Below, piece by piece: positions 1-11,974 of a stretch of 64,000 nt of DNA. The notes beneath the pieces were generated by a model. The model searched no databases. It was not told the DNA's origin and saw nothing but the letters and a program-made list of their open reading frames with translations. Source of the DNA: Parasitella parasitica NRRL 2501 (lineage: Eukaryota > Fungi > Mucoromycota); NCBI GenBank assembly GCA_025201805.1, contig MU619264.1:94195-158194 (forward strand), written 5' to 3'. The position numbers and the translations under genes were made by a program. Positions within the stretch are counted from its first letter, which is position 1. Each line of letters opens with the position of its first letter.

Positions 1-1
1 T

Positions 2-1561
2 ATGATGCAAAAATCAAAATCAGAGCCAAGTAGAAATCGGCTTTCAAGTCCTTTCATGCTTTTGAATGAGTCAAAGAGAAGACAATCAACAGGCGTTGTG
101 ATAAAAAGAGCGGCATCCAGTCTCAGTCAGGCAACGAAGTTTACATCGCAATCATTAAGCAAAGTAGGAAAAATACATGGTAGAATGATTCAGTGGATCT
201 TAAACTAAATGCTTCGCTGTATTATAGAATGTCTGGAGATCGCCTGGATGCTACGAAATCCCAAATATCCTGGGTCATGCATATTTGAAACCAGATCCAC
301 CTGTTGCCTTGGATCTGCGTCCTCTCAATCTTTCAAAGCAAATATCCAAGGTACATGCCTATTATTCTTACATAGGCAAAAGAAAGCATCAAACTAACAG
401 CATAACGCATACACTCTAGAAACCATGGTACCCTCCTAATCCGTATTACGAAGTACCCCCCTTGCCACCCTTGAGTCGGTCAGGAAACAAATTGGAAGCA
501 AAGATTCGCAAGATGCTTCCAAAAATATCCATTCGTTCTTCAGATCCTCGGACCCGATATGCACAGTTCAAAGAAATAGGCACAGGGTAAGTGATATACA
601 CTACATGGACAAAAATAAACAAAAGCTTACTTATTTCTTTATTATATAAAAAAAAAGTGTCAATGGTGCAGTGATACGTGCCAACTACCGCAAGAAACAA
701 GGTCAGCAATGCGCTATCAAACGATGCAAACTTGACCCTGACCTGGAATACCGTGCTGCTATTTTGAGAGAGCTTCGCATTATGGCCACTGGCCATGCCA
801 ATTTGATCAAATTGAGAGAGATCTCTCTCTGGAAAGACGACATTTGGATCAGCATGGATTTAATGCGCTGTTCTGTATTTGCCGTTCTTTGCCAGCGCGG
901 TATTCCCGAAGCACATACAATCTTTATCGCCAAGGAAACACTCAAAGGTTTAATCTATCTACATTCAAAGGGATATCTCCATAGAGATATCAAGTGTGAG
1001 AATCTGTTGCTTGGATGGCACGGTGAAGTCAAGCTGGCTGATTTCGGCCTGTCAGCAAAGACAAACTATAGGCACCGTGATCGTCTTGGTACAAGCAAAT
1101 GGTAAAGTGTGAACATCCTCCCCCTCAACTCCTTGATTTTCTTCCTCCTTGCCCTCAACATGTATTCTAATTTTTCTCCTTTTTTTTTATATATATATTT
1201 ATACAACAGGATGGCGCCTGAAGTCATTCGAGAAGACTATTACACTGAAAAGATAGATATGTGGTCATTGGGTATAGCCGTCATTGAAATGATGGATCGT
1301 GTGCCTCCTCATTACTTGATCAAGGATGAAACAGAATTATTTAGTGTCATTACTTCTGAACCAAGTCCTACATTCACCTACAGTTATCCTAGCATGTACA
1401 TGCGTGGGCTTGTAGCTTGGCTTTTAGACGAAGATCCAAAGACTAGACCTAATGCAAAAGATGTCTTGCTGGAGATTGATACACACATCCAAAGACACTT
1501 ACTTCCTTGTTCATCGCCCATCGAATTGGCTCATTTCTTGAACCAAGTCTTGAAAGCTTAA
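2..1561 (+). CDS. STE20/PAK-like serine/threonine protein kinase (5 exons in window; 5' end may lie outside the window)
   Basis: Spliced in frame across introns at about 164-227, 351-419, 587-658 and 1102-1209. Motifs: DPRTRY..FKEIGTGVNG (Gly loop), AIK, HRDIKCENLLL, VKLADFG, GTSKWMAPE, DMWSLGI..IEM. No CRIB motif visible in the window. Confidence 0.85.
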
Positions 1562-1728
1562 TAATCTATATATCATCTATATGTACGCGCGCGCTGCCAT
1601 CATCTGTTTAAAGTTCTCATTTTTTGTTTATTACATCTATATACTTAATCCGCAATCATCAATAAAGAAATCATTATAGAATAACCTGGTGATGGCCGCT
1701 TGCTCTCCTCATGCAGGCCGTGTCCTGA

Positions 1729-1752
1729 ATGTGTGTGTGTGTGTGTGTGTGT
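1729..1752. repeat. (TG)n microsatellite
   Basis: About 12 perfect TG units. Confidence 0.95.
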
Positions 1753-3730
1753 GCGATGTTGCCACTTTTTCACATCAACATTCGTACATGAATGGATGCA
1801 TGATTAAGGCACATTATATGTTAGTAGCTCTTGTTCTTTGTTGTGTATGTATACGCTCCTTGCTTTTTTGCCTTGTTTCATTGACGCTTTTTATATCCTA
1901 CCGATTCATTTTGCTGCAAATCCCCTTCATTTTTGCCCTCGTCGCCACTGGCCAATAGAGTTCTTATCCACATGATCATAGCCAGGGAATTCCCGCCATT
2001 TGTATGTATATTATAATCATACAAGCATAGCCTGTATCAATGCTGGATGTCATGTATATATCACCAACATATACTCTTTGCTTTAAACGCAGCATTTGCT
2101 CAGATAAAAAAAAATAGTTTTATTTCATATATATTATGAACAAAAAAAAAACAGACCTCTTGCCTTGCTTAGGAAGAGATTGCAGCATTTCTTTGTTGTA
2201 TGTTTATGCTCAAATGACACCCCCATTGCATGCAATACGATATTGATGTACTAAACTTGTTTTCCTATTTTCCTGGTCCAGAGAGGTTAAACTAGGGCTG
2301 CTGCAGCGAGGCGGGGTTTCAATCGCGTTTCTTTGTTCAGATCATTGCAGCTTTTAACATCGGATTTATACTACACTTTTAATAAAACCCTAAAAATAAA
2401 AAATTATGTAGGCATAGATCAGATGCTTATTATTTATGCCGTCAAAAGTTTTTTTAAAAAGCTTGCTTTGTCAAGTAGATATAAAACCTTAAAGATCTGA
2501 GTTTTGATTTTTGCAGCCTTTTGGTTGAGAGCATCCGAAGCATAATATCAAATGAAGCAAGCGAGATAAAGTCCTATTTACATGGCAAAAGTTGCATGTA
2601 TTATAGCGCTCTACAATATCCTTGCGATACTTTTATTTTTATTTTTTTTCTATTTCTTTAGTAGCACTCAATGCATGAATAAAGTATAAAAATGCCCTGT
2701 TTTTTTCAAGCATTTTGTACGTTCAACAAAGAGCTATTCATTTCATTTTATTTTGTTTAAATTCACGTATTTTTGATCGAGATAATCAAGATCATGCAAA
2801 TCGTTGATTTTTAAGCTCTTTTGGATGGGTGTTACCTCATGGTCGAATCTCCGAATTCTCCAAAAAAAGGATAAAAACTTGATTTTCTCGGCGTATAGTA
2901 TAGTTACAACTGTGCAAATACGCTCTGACAAAAGCTAGTAGCCGTAGCTATGTTCAAGGTTTTTTAATAATTTAAATTTATTTAAAAACTAAAGATTTTT
3001 CTTCAAAAAACCGCTATTTTTGTTTGAAGAGATTAAGCAATTTTTTACTAGAACTGTTTTCTTGAAAACTACACCATTATGTATAAAATTGTACCTAATT
3101 TATAAAATACTTAACATGCAAATCAAATTTACTTAATACTATTTTGAGTAATTCAGCAACAAAGGTTTCCATCTAAATTTCACAAATAAAAACATAAGGC
3201 GGACTTCAAATTTGAGCGTCGTCAAATACCTTCATTTAAGCTGGCAATAGCACTGTAGATGCCATTTAATTCATGTAGACGAATATCCAAGTGTATAATT
3301 AATATTAGTAGAAATACTTCGCAAAAATTTTATTTTTTTTATCAAAAAAAAATTTGTTTTCATTGATAAAGCGCACTAGTAGCATATTGTTGGGCAGATA
3401 TTCCCGGAGCGGCGACCAAGATGATGTCAATCCAAGCTGTTACGATTTTGCAGTTGCTCAATGCATTCAATCATGCTATCTACTCTATGTCCTATTAAAA
3501 GTATAAGCCAAGGACTATACTCAGCAGAGAGACATGCTGCACGGCTTAATTTTATCGATTAAGTCGTATATATACACCTTGCGCTCGCAACTTTTGACAT
3601 CTGCAGGCTGTTCCGAGCGCTTGGTTAAAAAAAACCATTAAAAAGCTTCCTTCTAAAAATATCCTATTTATAGGAAACTCCCAAACCTTTTCGACTTTTT
3701 TTCTTTTTCTTTACTTGGTACATTCAAATT

Positions 3731-5892
3731 ATGAGCTGGTAGGTTTACATGATATTCGAGTAGCCTTGCTAAAAATGTGGGCTTCATTACAACAGGAGAG
3801 GTGTCAAAAAGTCAATTTCTCGACTTCCGCATCAATTCAAGACCAGAAACGGTGGTGAAGGTATTTGTATACGCTGCACTAGTAGGTACACTAGAACAGA
3901 AGCTGACATTTGCAACTGTGTAGATGTTACTCGTGACATAGATTTCCTTGAGCTAGAGAAGAAATACAAACAAGTTGTTGCGTTTGTCGAAGAATTTCGT
4001 TTGGAAACAATGGCTTATCGTAATAATTTAGCTGGTAAGATGGATAATTTAACTGGGAGAGGGGGGGGGGCGAATAAACCATCTTATTAATTCAAAACGT
4101 TCGACATTCTAGGCATGCTCAACAACCAATTTCATTGCGCACATTATTTAGCCGAGGTTTGTGGGCTTGTAGTGGAGACTGATGACCCATTGGTCGTTGA
4201 ACACTCGACAGTTGAGCGAGAAGAAACAGAGGACATTCCTCTTGCGATGAAGCAAGCTTTGGAGGACTATACAACTGCAATGGCTTACTGTAGAGAAGAA
4301 TCATTAGCCATTCTAGACGACTTTGATTCATTTGTAGTTAGGCCAGCTGATCGATTCCATCTGATTACACGGTCAATTGATAAAACCATCACCAAACGAG
4401 AACATAAGCTGATCGATTTCGACCGACATCGTATCGCCTACACGAAATATTCGGGCATTGCAGAGCCCAGCCCTAGTGAAGAAAAAAACATGTTTAAGCT
4501 GCAGACTCAATTCGATAATGCAGCAGCAGATTACGATTATTTCAATAATATACTCAAGGACGAGTTGGCCCAGTTCTTGGACTTGGCTCAGGCTTTCATT
4601 GAACCCGTTTTCCAAAAGTTTTACGGCATTCAGCACAGGATGGCAAGCGGCTTCTACAGCAGACTGTATGAAGTAATTCAGCACAATACTGCAGCTTTTC
4701 CTACCTTGAATTTGCCAATAGAAAATGGCTTCAAGGCGAGATTGGACGAGTTTAATGCTAGAGAGGAGTTAGATAAATTTGAGTTGTTCCAAGAGGGCGT
4801 TAAACCATGGCAGCAAGGTAACGCCTTCTCCAGGTACGCCAATGCATCTCAACAGCGGCAATGTCAACAAAGAGAAAGTTATTATTCTGAAGACGAAGAC
4901 GATGCCTATTCGAATACAAGGCGAGGGCACTTAAGGAGTGAAGCCTTGCCCAATCATAGTAGCAATCCATCTGTTGGTGGTGGTGGAAGAGGCCTTTCTA
5001 CGAGTTACTCGCATACTGAACATCATATCAACGAAAAGTTGCCTGCATATTGTGAATCAAGATCATCTATAGCAGAAAGGCCTACATTTACGGCCAGAAA
5101 GTCTTCAGTTCTGTCTTATTCGACTGATAGAAAGCCATCTTTTTCAACAGGATCTCCTATATCTGAAAAACCGCTTATTTCTGAGAAAACTTTGATGAAT
5201 AATGGCAGGCAGCTACCTCGTTCGTCATTAGCTACAAGTGATAGATCGCCATTGACTTCACATATAAGTACAACACCACCCATCTCTAGTGTGCAACACT
5301 CAAACTACAACGACGCCAGCAATTATGATGGGAAAGCTAGAAGTATGCATTTGAATATGACAGAGGAGCTGAGTAGAGCCTTTTCAAGTGCATCTTCATC
5401 ATCATCAGCTGTATCGTCGTATCACTCAGCAGTGACAACGCCTACATTTACATCGAGTACACCCAGCAGAACACTTTCTACAAATGAAGAAGGGTATGAC
5501 CGGCGTAGCACGGTTTCTACAATCAGTTCACCCTTTTTAGATGGCAAACAAAAGGATACCGTTGTCAAAAAGAAGCGTGCGCCACCACCTCCTCCACCTA
5601 GCAAGAAACAAGTCAAAAAGGAGCTTGTCGAAGCACTCTATGAGTTGAATGCTCCACAAGATGGTGATCTCTCATTCTGCGTGGGTGATCTGATTGAAGT
5701 TCTTGAAAAATCAGATAAAACGCACGATTGGTGGAAGGGTCGTCTAGGCGATCAAACTGGCATGTTTCCTGGTAAGTTTTTGTTGCTATTGTTGTAGATC
5801 TCAAATAGCACAGTGACTAATAACCACGTTTTTTAATTTCACTTTACATCGTAATATCATTTGGGACAGCCAACTATGTGAGACAATTTTAA
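3731..5892 (+). CDS. RVS167: Amphiphysin-like N-BAR + SH3 protein (Rvs167/Hob1 family)
   Basis: 8-nt first coding exon ATGAGCTG gives MSWRGVKKSISRLP, typical of the Rvs167 N-terminus. BAR helix KREHKLIDFDRHR, then an S/P-rich linker. SH3 ALYE..GDLSF..WWKG..GMFP|ANYV is completed by a final exon at 5871-5892. Confidence 0.88.
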
Positions 5893-6059
5893 AGTTTTGC
5901 TTTGGTCTTTTGAATAAATAGTCGCCTGTCAGATCCATTAATCCTATATAAAAATTCAAGGACGCACTCTTGCATTTCGGCATCATCCGCCCCATCAATA
6001 TCACTTACTTTAGGATAATTCTCACATAGCTCAAATTGGACCCTTGGGCTATTAAAAAA

Positions 6060-6814
6060 AAAAGTAGAGCAGCAGAGCATCGCAAAAATCCCCGCATTCA
6101 CAGGAAGAGGATACATCACCAAATGCAGCTGTCTGTGCAGCTTTGCCATCTGGTAAGAAAAACGACACCAAAAATCAGTAAACTCTTCAACATCACCGGT
6201 AATCGCTTTCAAAAGACGCAAATCTATCTCGGGATTCTTTGTTAGAAGAAAGCAAAGTCTGGCTAGTATGCTGCCTTCGATGGTAGAAAAGGGAGATGTT
6301 TCGTGTGCTAGAGTTGGGAAGATACATCTAGTTGATCGAAGCAGAATTGTGGTACCATAATCCAGGACCAGTGCAGAATGCATTTCAAAAATTTTACAAA
6401 GACCAACGCAAGCTATTTCAGACCTTGATCAGAAAATAGTAGATTCTCTGAAAGCAACTGTTGTTGAAAAAGGATTTGAACTAGTAGAAAAACGAACCTT
6501 GGATATGCCTATTGGAGAATGGGCAACTGAGCCGTATAAGCACGCTTTACGTGCATTATGGCATATATGTTGTGCTGATTCTGTGTGTTAAAATTAAAAG
6601 CAGTTTTGTTTCATCAAAAAAGAGATTCAAAAGACACTTCTTTAAAATCAACAAGACATCCTATGTCTATAAATGGGGGATTACGCCTGCTGCTTACGAT
6701 ATGGCTGTATCAGAAATCCTGGATGAATATAAGCTGTTTAAAAGCTTTTCTTGCTTCAATTGCTGGATTGTGAGAAAGCCAATGCTTCCCTCCTCTGGAT
6801 CTAGTTGCAAATAA
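6060..6814 (+). pseudogene. Degraded class I SAM-dependent methyltransferase (LaeA-like/Methyltransf family)
   Basis: EMFRVLELGRYI*LIEAELWYHNPGPVQ (cf. EMFRVLKPGGYIEL; TAG at 6329-6331), GFELVEKRTLDMPIGEW, and C-terminal FSCFNCWIVRKP. SAM-binding motif I is missing and frameshifts are present. Confidence 0.7.
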
Positions 6815-6887
6815 CATGTATTTATCGTAGACACAAAATGTTTACAATATCCTAATTTTTTTTTATTTCCTAATTAAACCATCGCAT

Positions 6888-7956
6888 TCAAGGTCTTCCA
6901 ACCATGAATCTAATAATATGTAACAACAACGTATTAGAATTCCATGACAATGCACATTCCCCGCTGTAGAAGACCATTACCTCTTCTTGACCCGTTCATT
7001 ATTGTAGTCTGGCGATGCGTATTCTCGAGAATATCCTTTTGAATCATCAGCAGGCGAAATATCCATCTTTTTGAGGCTGCCATTAGCACGGATGTGACGT
7101 CGCAGCTGTTCAATTTGATTACTGTATTCTTCGTTGGATTGCTCGTTGGATTGCACTGTTTCTTGTAGATTGGCAATTTTGGCATCCAAAGCACCTAATA
7201 AACGGGTGGTGTTAGATGCCCAGGAAGCAAGAGCGTTCATTGTTTCGGTCAGTTGTTGGGGCCGTAGATCGCGGCCCATGCTGTGCATCACTTGTAGCTG
7301 TCGTTGACGTTGATCAAGCTTGCCGGTCAAAATACCTTGATAAAATGCATCAATGATCAAATCTTCCAACTCTCTTACTGTGGGTATATCGAGATAAGAT
7401 TGCAACAAATCGTATGAAAGTGTCTACAACAGTAGTGATGTATGAAAATGTGAAAAACATGCCCCTCCTTTTGCAGTAAATCCAACTAATACTTTACCTG
7501 TTGTGTCCCGGAGAGTGTTGCGATAGAGAGCAGTTTGAGTTTTCTGATTTGTTTTTCGTTTAGGGCAGGTAGTTGCAAACTATTTTCTACAACAATTTAT
7601 CCTGTCAATTGACGTGTTTGTTGTTATTTTTGTACTTGTTTGCTACATACCTTGATAATCTTTAAAAGTGCCATAAAGAAAGATTTCTAATAGTTTATAA
7701 TAAGGCGCAACTTGTTCTAAGGAGGATGCCTATATGAAATCATTGTTGGATACTGCAACTTTGTCAAATTGCTGTTTTCCTTTGTTACTTCTACCAAGTT
7801 GGGAGACTCGTACAGCTCCGTAAAGACATAGACACCAGGAGCGTTCAAAGCGTCCGTAATCAATTTGCAATTAGCTACTCCTTTTACCGACTTTGACAAC
7901 AAGAGAAATGGCTGAAGCTTTTGGCTAGTTGATAAGCTTAAGCTAGATTCATTCAT
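6888..7956 (-). CDS. CSN7: COP9 signalosome subunit 7 (PCI domain)
   Basis: LQPFLLLSKS...DALNAPGVYVFTEL, RKLKLLSIATL, VRELEDLIIDAFYQGILTGKLDQ, GRDLRP. 5 exons; last exon RFMVGRP* ends at 6888. Confidence 0.92.
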
Positions 7957-7993
7957 ATCAGCTATTTGTTGTGAAAGTTGTATATTTCAAAAA

Positions 7994-8008
7994 NNNNNNN
8001 NNNNNNNN
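7994..8008. other. Assembly gap (15 N)
   Basis: Run of n characters. Confidence 1.
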
Positions 8009-8701
8009 AAAGAGGAAGTTTGTAATGCTTGGTTGATGTTTCATTTTAGAATATGCGGTGATTGTAGTCCTTGAAATCAAAGATAGCATTGCTGATCAAA
8101 GTCAATCTCGATATGAACAAGAAGATAAAAATCCACCTGTTAATTATATAAATTTTAGGTCTTTTGTCTACCAATTTCTTTTGCAAACCTTTTTTAAAAA
8201 GATACTATTTTTTTCCCTTTAAAAAGATTTGTTCACTGTATTGCTCAGCCAAGTGATACATGGATGCTTCTATCGTATGTTGAAGCTTTTTAAACTTGAG
8301 TAGAATTATGTCTAAGCGTTTCTTGCATATACTGCAATCGGGTGAATAGCTGGGCCGCCCGGTACAATTAATGTAGCAGGCCTTTAGGAAGCACTATGAT
8401 TTAAACCTCTGACTTTTGCGACCCATCTTGTAAAATATAGGTTTTCAGTACTAGATTTGTGGATATGAAATCAGTTTACCTTAACATTGGCTGTTTACTT
8501 CAACTGTCATTGGTATTTTTCTTTTCAAATCTCCAAAGCCAATGCTCTCTGTAACAATTCGCCTCTTCATGTCATTTTAGATTTGTCATGAGAATTGCAT
8601 GCAGATTCGTAATCCGCCTATATAGTAAATACATTTCTCCACATATAGATTTTTTTCTGATTTTTTACCAATAACTCTTTCCTCTCTTTCTCATAGATAA
8701 A

Positions 8702-11608
8702 ATGACCAATGTATTTTCAACATTAGGGCAAAAATCAAAGAAATCATTATCAGGTGTGCTTGTGGTTTCTTTGATATATGCCATCTACAAAGCGAAAAAG
8801 CAGTTTACGAAAAATATCGCTGGAACAAGCATCAACAACAAGAAACCAGCATCGCAAGAGAGCAAGAAAAAGCAAAAGAAAGTGGGTGTCAATAGCGAAT
8901 TCATTGAGCAAATGAAGAAATTATTACCCATATGTGTGCCAGGTAACTGAAACCAGAATTGATTGATTCAGCAAGGCCTAATTGTTGTTGTAAAAAGGTG
9001 TGTTTTCCAAGGAATCCGGGCTTTTGGTTATACTTGCTTCTGTTCTTATCGCTCGTACTTGGTTGGACATTTGGTTTTCTGGGTTCAATGGGTAAGCAAC
9101 GGAAGGAAGGAAGGATTTGCCTTGGAAGCTGCTAACACCCTATGTGTAAATTTCAGCTCTGTCGTCAAGGCAATCGTGTCTAGGGACAGAAAGCAGTTTA
9201 TTGCAAAAGCTATTGTAGAGTTCGGTTTGATGATGGTAATGTATTAATAGTGTGAACCGGTTGTTTATGTACCAACGTGTTGTATATCGATAGTGGCCGA
9301 TGAGTATAGTCAACAATTCACTTAAATTAACCATCAATGCCCTTGCCCTGAGTTTCCGTGAAAGGTTGACCAAGGTACCGATTACCTAATACGCCCTTCT
9401 CTATTTGATTTTTAACAAAAACGAAAAACACAATAGCATGCGCATAATCAATATTTAGACGGCATCACATTTTACAAGATTTCGAATTTGGACAATAGAC
9501 TTCAAAATGCTGATCAATTGTTGACACAAGATATTGACAAATTCTCGGACAATTTGTCTCATTTATACTCGGATATAGCCAAGCCAGTGGTGGATATCTT
9601 TTTGTTTGCTTATAAATTGGGTGAAGCCATGTAAGTCCCATGTAGAGAAGCACAATATACAAGTTTTTAACCGTCAAAATCCAGTGGCAATGAAGCTCCG
9701 TTCTTTATGATTGCTTATTTTGTCATGTCTGGGGTGCTGCTCCGTGCTTTCTCTCCCCCATTTGGTCGCTGTAAGTAATGATATTCGATATTTCTTTTAA
9801 AAAAAAGAAGTCACCACTGATAACTCGCATCACAGATACTGCCATTGAACAAAAGCTGGAAGGTGATTTCAGATTCACACATGTAAAGTAATTTTGCTGT
9901 CTAATGAGTCACATCATCTAACTTGATATTCGACAGTCTCGCATCATCACTCATTCAGAAGAGATTGCCTTCTATCGGGGCGGTGAGCGTGAAAAGGAGG
10001 TTGTGAATGGTACTTTTGAAAAGATCTCCAACCACGTTCGCAAAGTGTATACACTTCGATTCTTGAATGGTATCTTTGATTCGGTCCTTGTCAAATATTG
10101 TGCTACGATGACAGCATACTAGTAAGTTTTCTTGTCGTTTCAAAGATCGACAGAACGACGTATTGATATAGTCCACTGCATAGCTTATTAGCAAGACCTG
10201 TCTTTGATCCACGTTATGCTACCAAGCACATGGGTTTCGACAGCGACCCTACCAAGCTGATGGAGGACTATTCTAGAAACTGTAAGATTGCTTATTCGTT
10301 TTTGTTTGAAACTGTATACTAAATACCGCCCTGCAGCAAGCTATTTGATCAATCTGTCCCAAGCTGTTGGTAGACTCATCCTCACTGGTCGTGATTTGAC
10401 ACGATTTGCCGGTTATACTGTATGTATTAACCCACATGTTTGTAAACAGAACAAGGATAACCTTATTACCTCAATAGTCTCGAGTGGCTGATTTGTTTGA
10501 TGTCTTGTCAGATGTGCGTAATGGCAAATACAAGCGCACAATGATGAGTAATGAGGAAGGCTTAGGTGAAGCTGGTAAAAACAAAGTTGTGGATACAAAC
10601 AACACCAAAGGCAAAGTGTTGATTCGGGATGGTGTTATTATTTTCGACAAGGTGCCTATTGTTACACCCAACAGTGATATTTTGGTAAACACTGCCTACA
10701 ATCATGTTGAATGGAGACTAACACACGAGCAATGATTTTTTTTTAGCTCAAAGACCTTTCATTCAAGGTCAGCACAGGCATGAATTGCTTGATATCTGGT
10801 CCTAATGGCTGTGGCAAGAGTTCATTGTTCCGTATTTTGGGTGATCTATGGCCATTGTTCGGTGGTAACCTCACTAAACCTGAAGCGAACAAATTGTTTT
10901 ACGTGCCTCAAAAGCCTTACCTTCCATTGGGCAGCTTCAGAGACCAAGTCATCTACCCTGACACTCGTGTCGAGGCATTGTCTAAAGGCTATGATGACGA
11001 AGCCTTGATGAAGCTATTAGACACTGTACATTTGGGATATTTGGTTGAACGTGAGGGCGGCTGGGATACGGTTCAAGACTGGGCCGATGTATTGTCAGGA
11101 GGAGAGAAGCAGCGTGTTGCAATGGCCAGATTATTCTACCACAAGCCTCAGTTTGTAAGACCTGAATCAGAGATTATGGCGCTTCAAACTAAAGTTGCTG
11201 AATTTTTAGGCTATCCTTGACGAATGCACAAGCGCCGTTAGTGTAGACATCGAGGCCATCATGTACGAGCATGCTCGTAAAGTTGGCATCACTTTATTCA
11301 CGGTATCACACAGGTAGCCTGAATGAACCACACAAGTCTTGAAATATATATTAATTGCTAATGTAAATATGTATATATAGGACATCCTTAATTCGCCATC
11401 ACGAGTATCTATTGAGATTTGATGGAGAGGGCCATTATGAATTTAGAGAGTAAGGAGAGAGGCAAGATGAGATTTGATTTGAGCGTGTGCTAACTGATTC
11501 AAAATGTATAGGATGGATCCAGAGGACCAGACATCTGCATTTGGATTTGGTCATGGCAAATCCAAACCCCAAGCCAAATTAGACCAAGATAATGACAATC
11601 AAGAATGA
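8702..11608 (+). CDS. Peroxisomal ABCD-family half transporter (PMP70/Pxa-like), about 14 introns
   Basis: [20 protein letters not shown]-like [24 protein letters not shown], Walker [17 protein letters not shown], signature LSGGEKQR, Walker [14 protein letters not shown]. Confidence 0.93.
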
Positions 11609-11974
11609 GCACTTTATTCAGGAGGAAAGAGGCAATCGTTCCTTGCACCTTTATACCACAAAAGACCTTGTTTTTTTCTATTGATAAACGATACATGTCA
11701 AGTGGTTTAATTGATTCGGATAGCGAAAATGCAAAGTAATAAGCTATTTTTATTGTGTTTTAATAACATAGTTGGGTTCTTTCTCTCTTTATTTTTTTTT
11801 CCCCATTTCTTTCTCTGTTTTTCTGCTTCCTTTCTCTTTCTTCCTTGTTTCCATCATCATAAAACACATTGACCTGTTTATACAGGATATAAATAGTTTA
11901 GTGGCGGTAAGAAAATAACACAACGCTACTAGTCAAGTATACATTATCTTTAGTTTTGGATATCACAAACAACT

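Noticed and set aside
1930-1995. HDV-like ribozyme suggested by CCCTCGTC
   Set aside because: Could not build P1, P2 and P3 pairings or a J4/2 strand
2700-3400. Possible MITE remnant in the AT-rich spacer upstream of RVS167
   Set aside because: No terminal inverted repeats, TSD or second copy identifiable
5889-6383. 164-aa minus-strand ORF
   Set aside because: Antisense to the methyltransferase pseudogene, with no recognisable motifs
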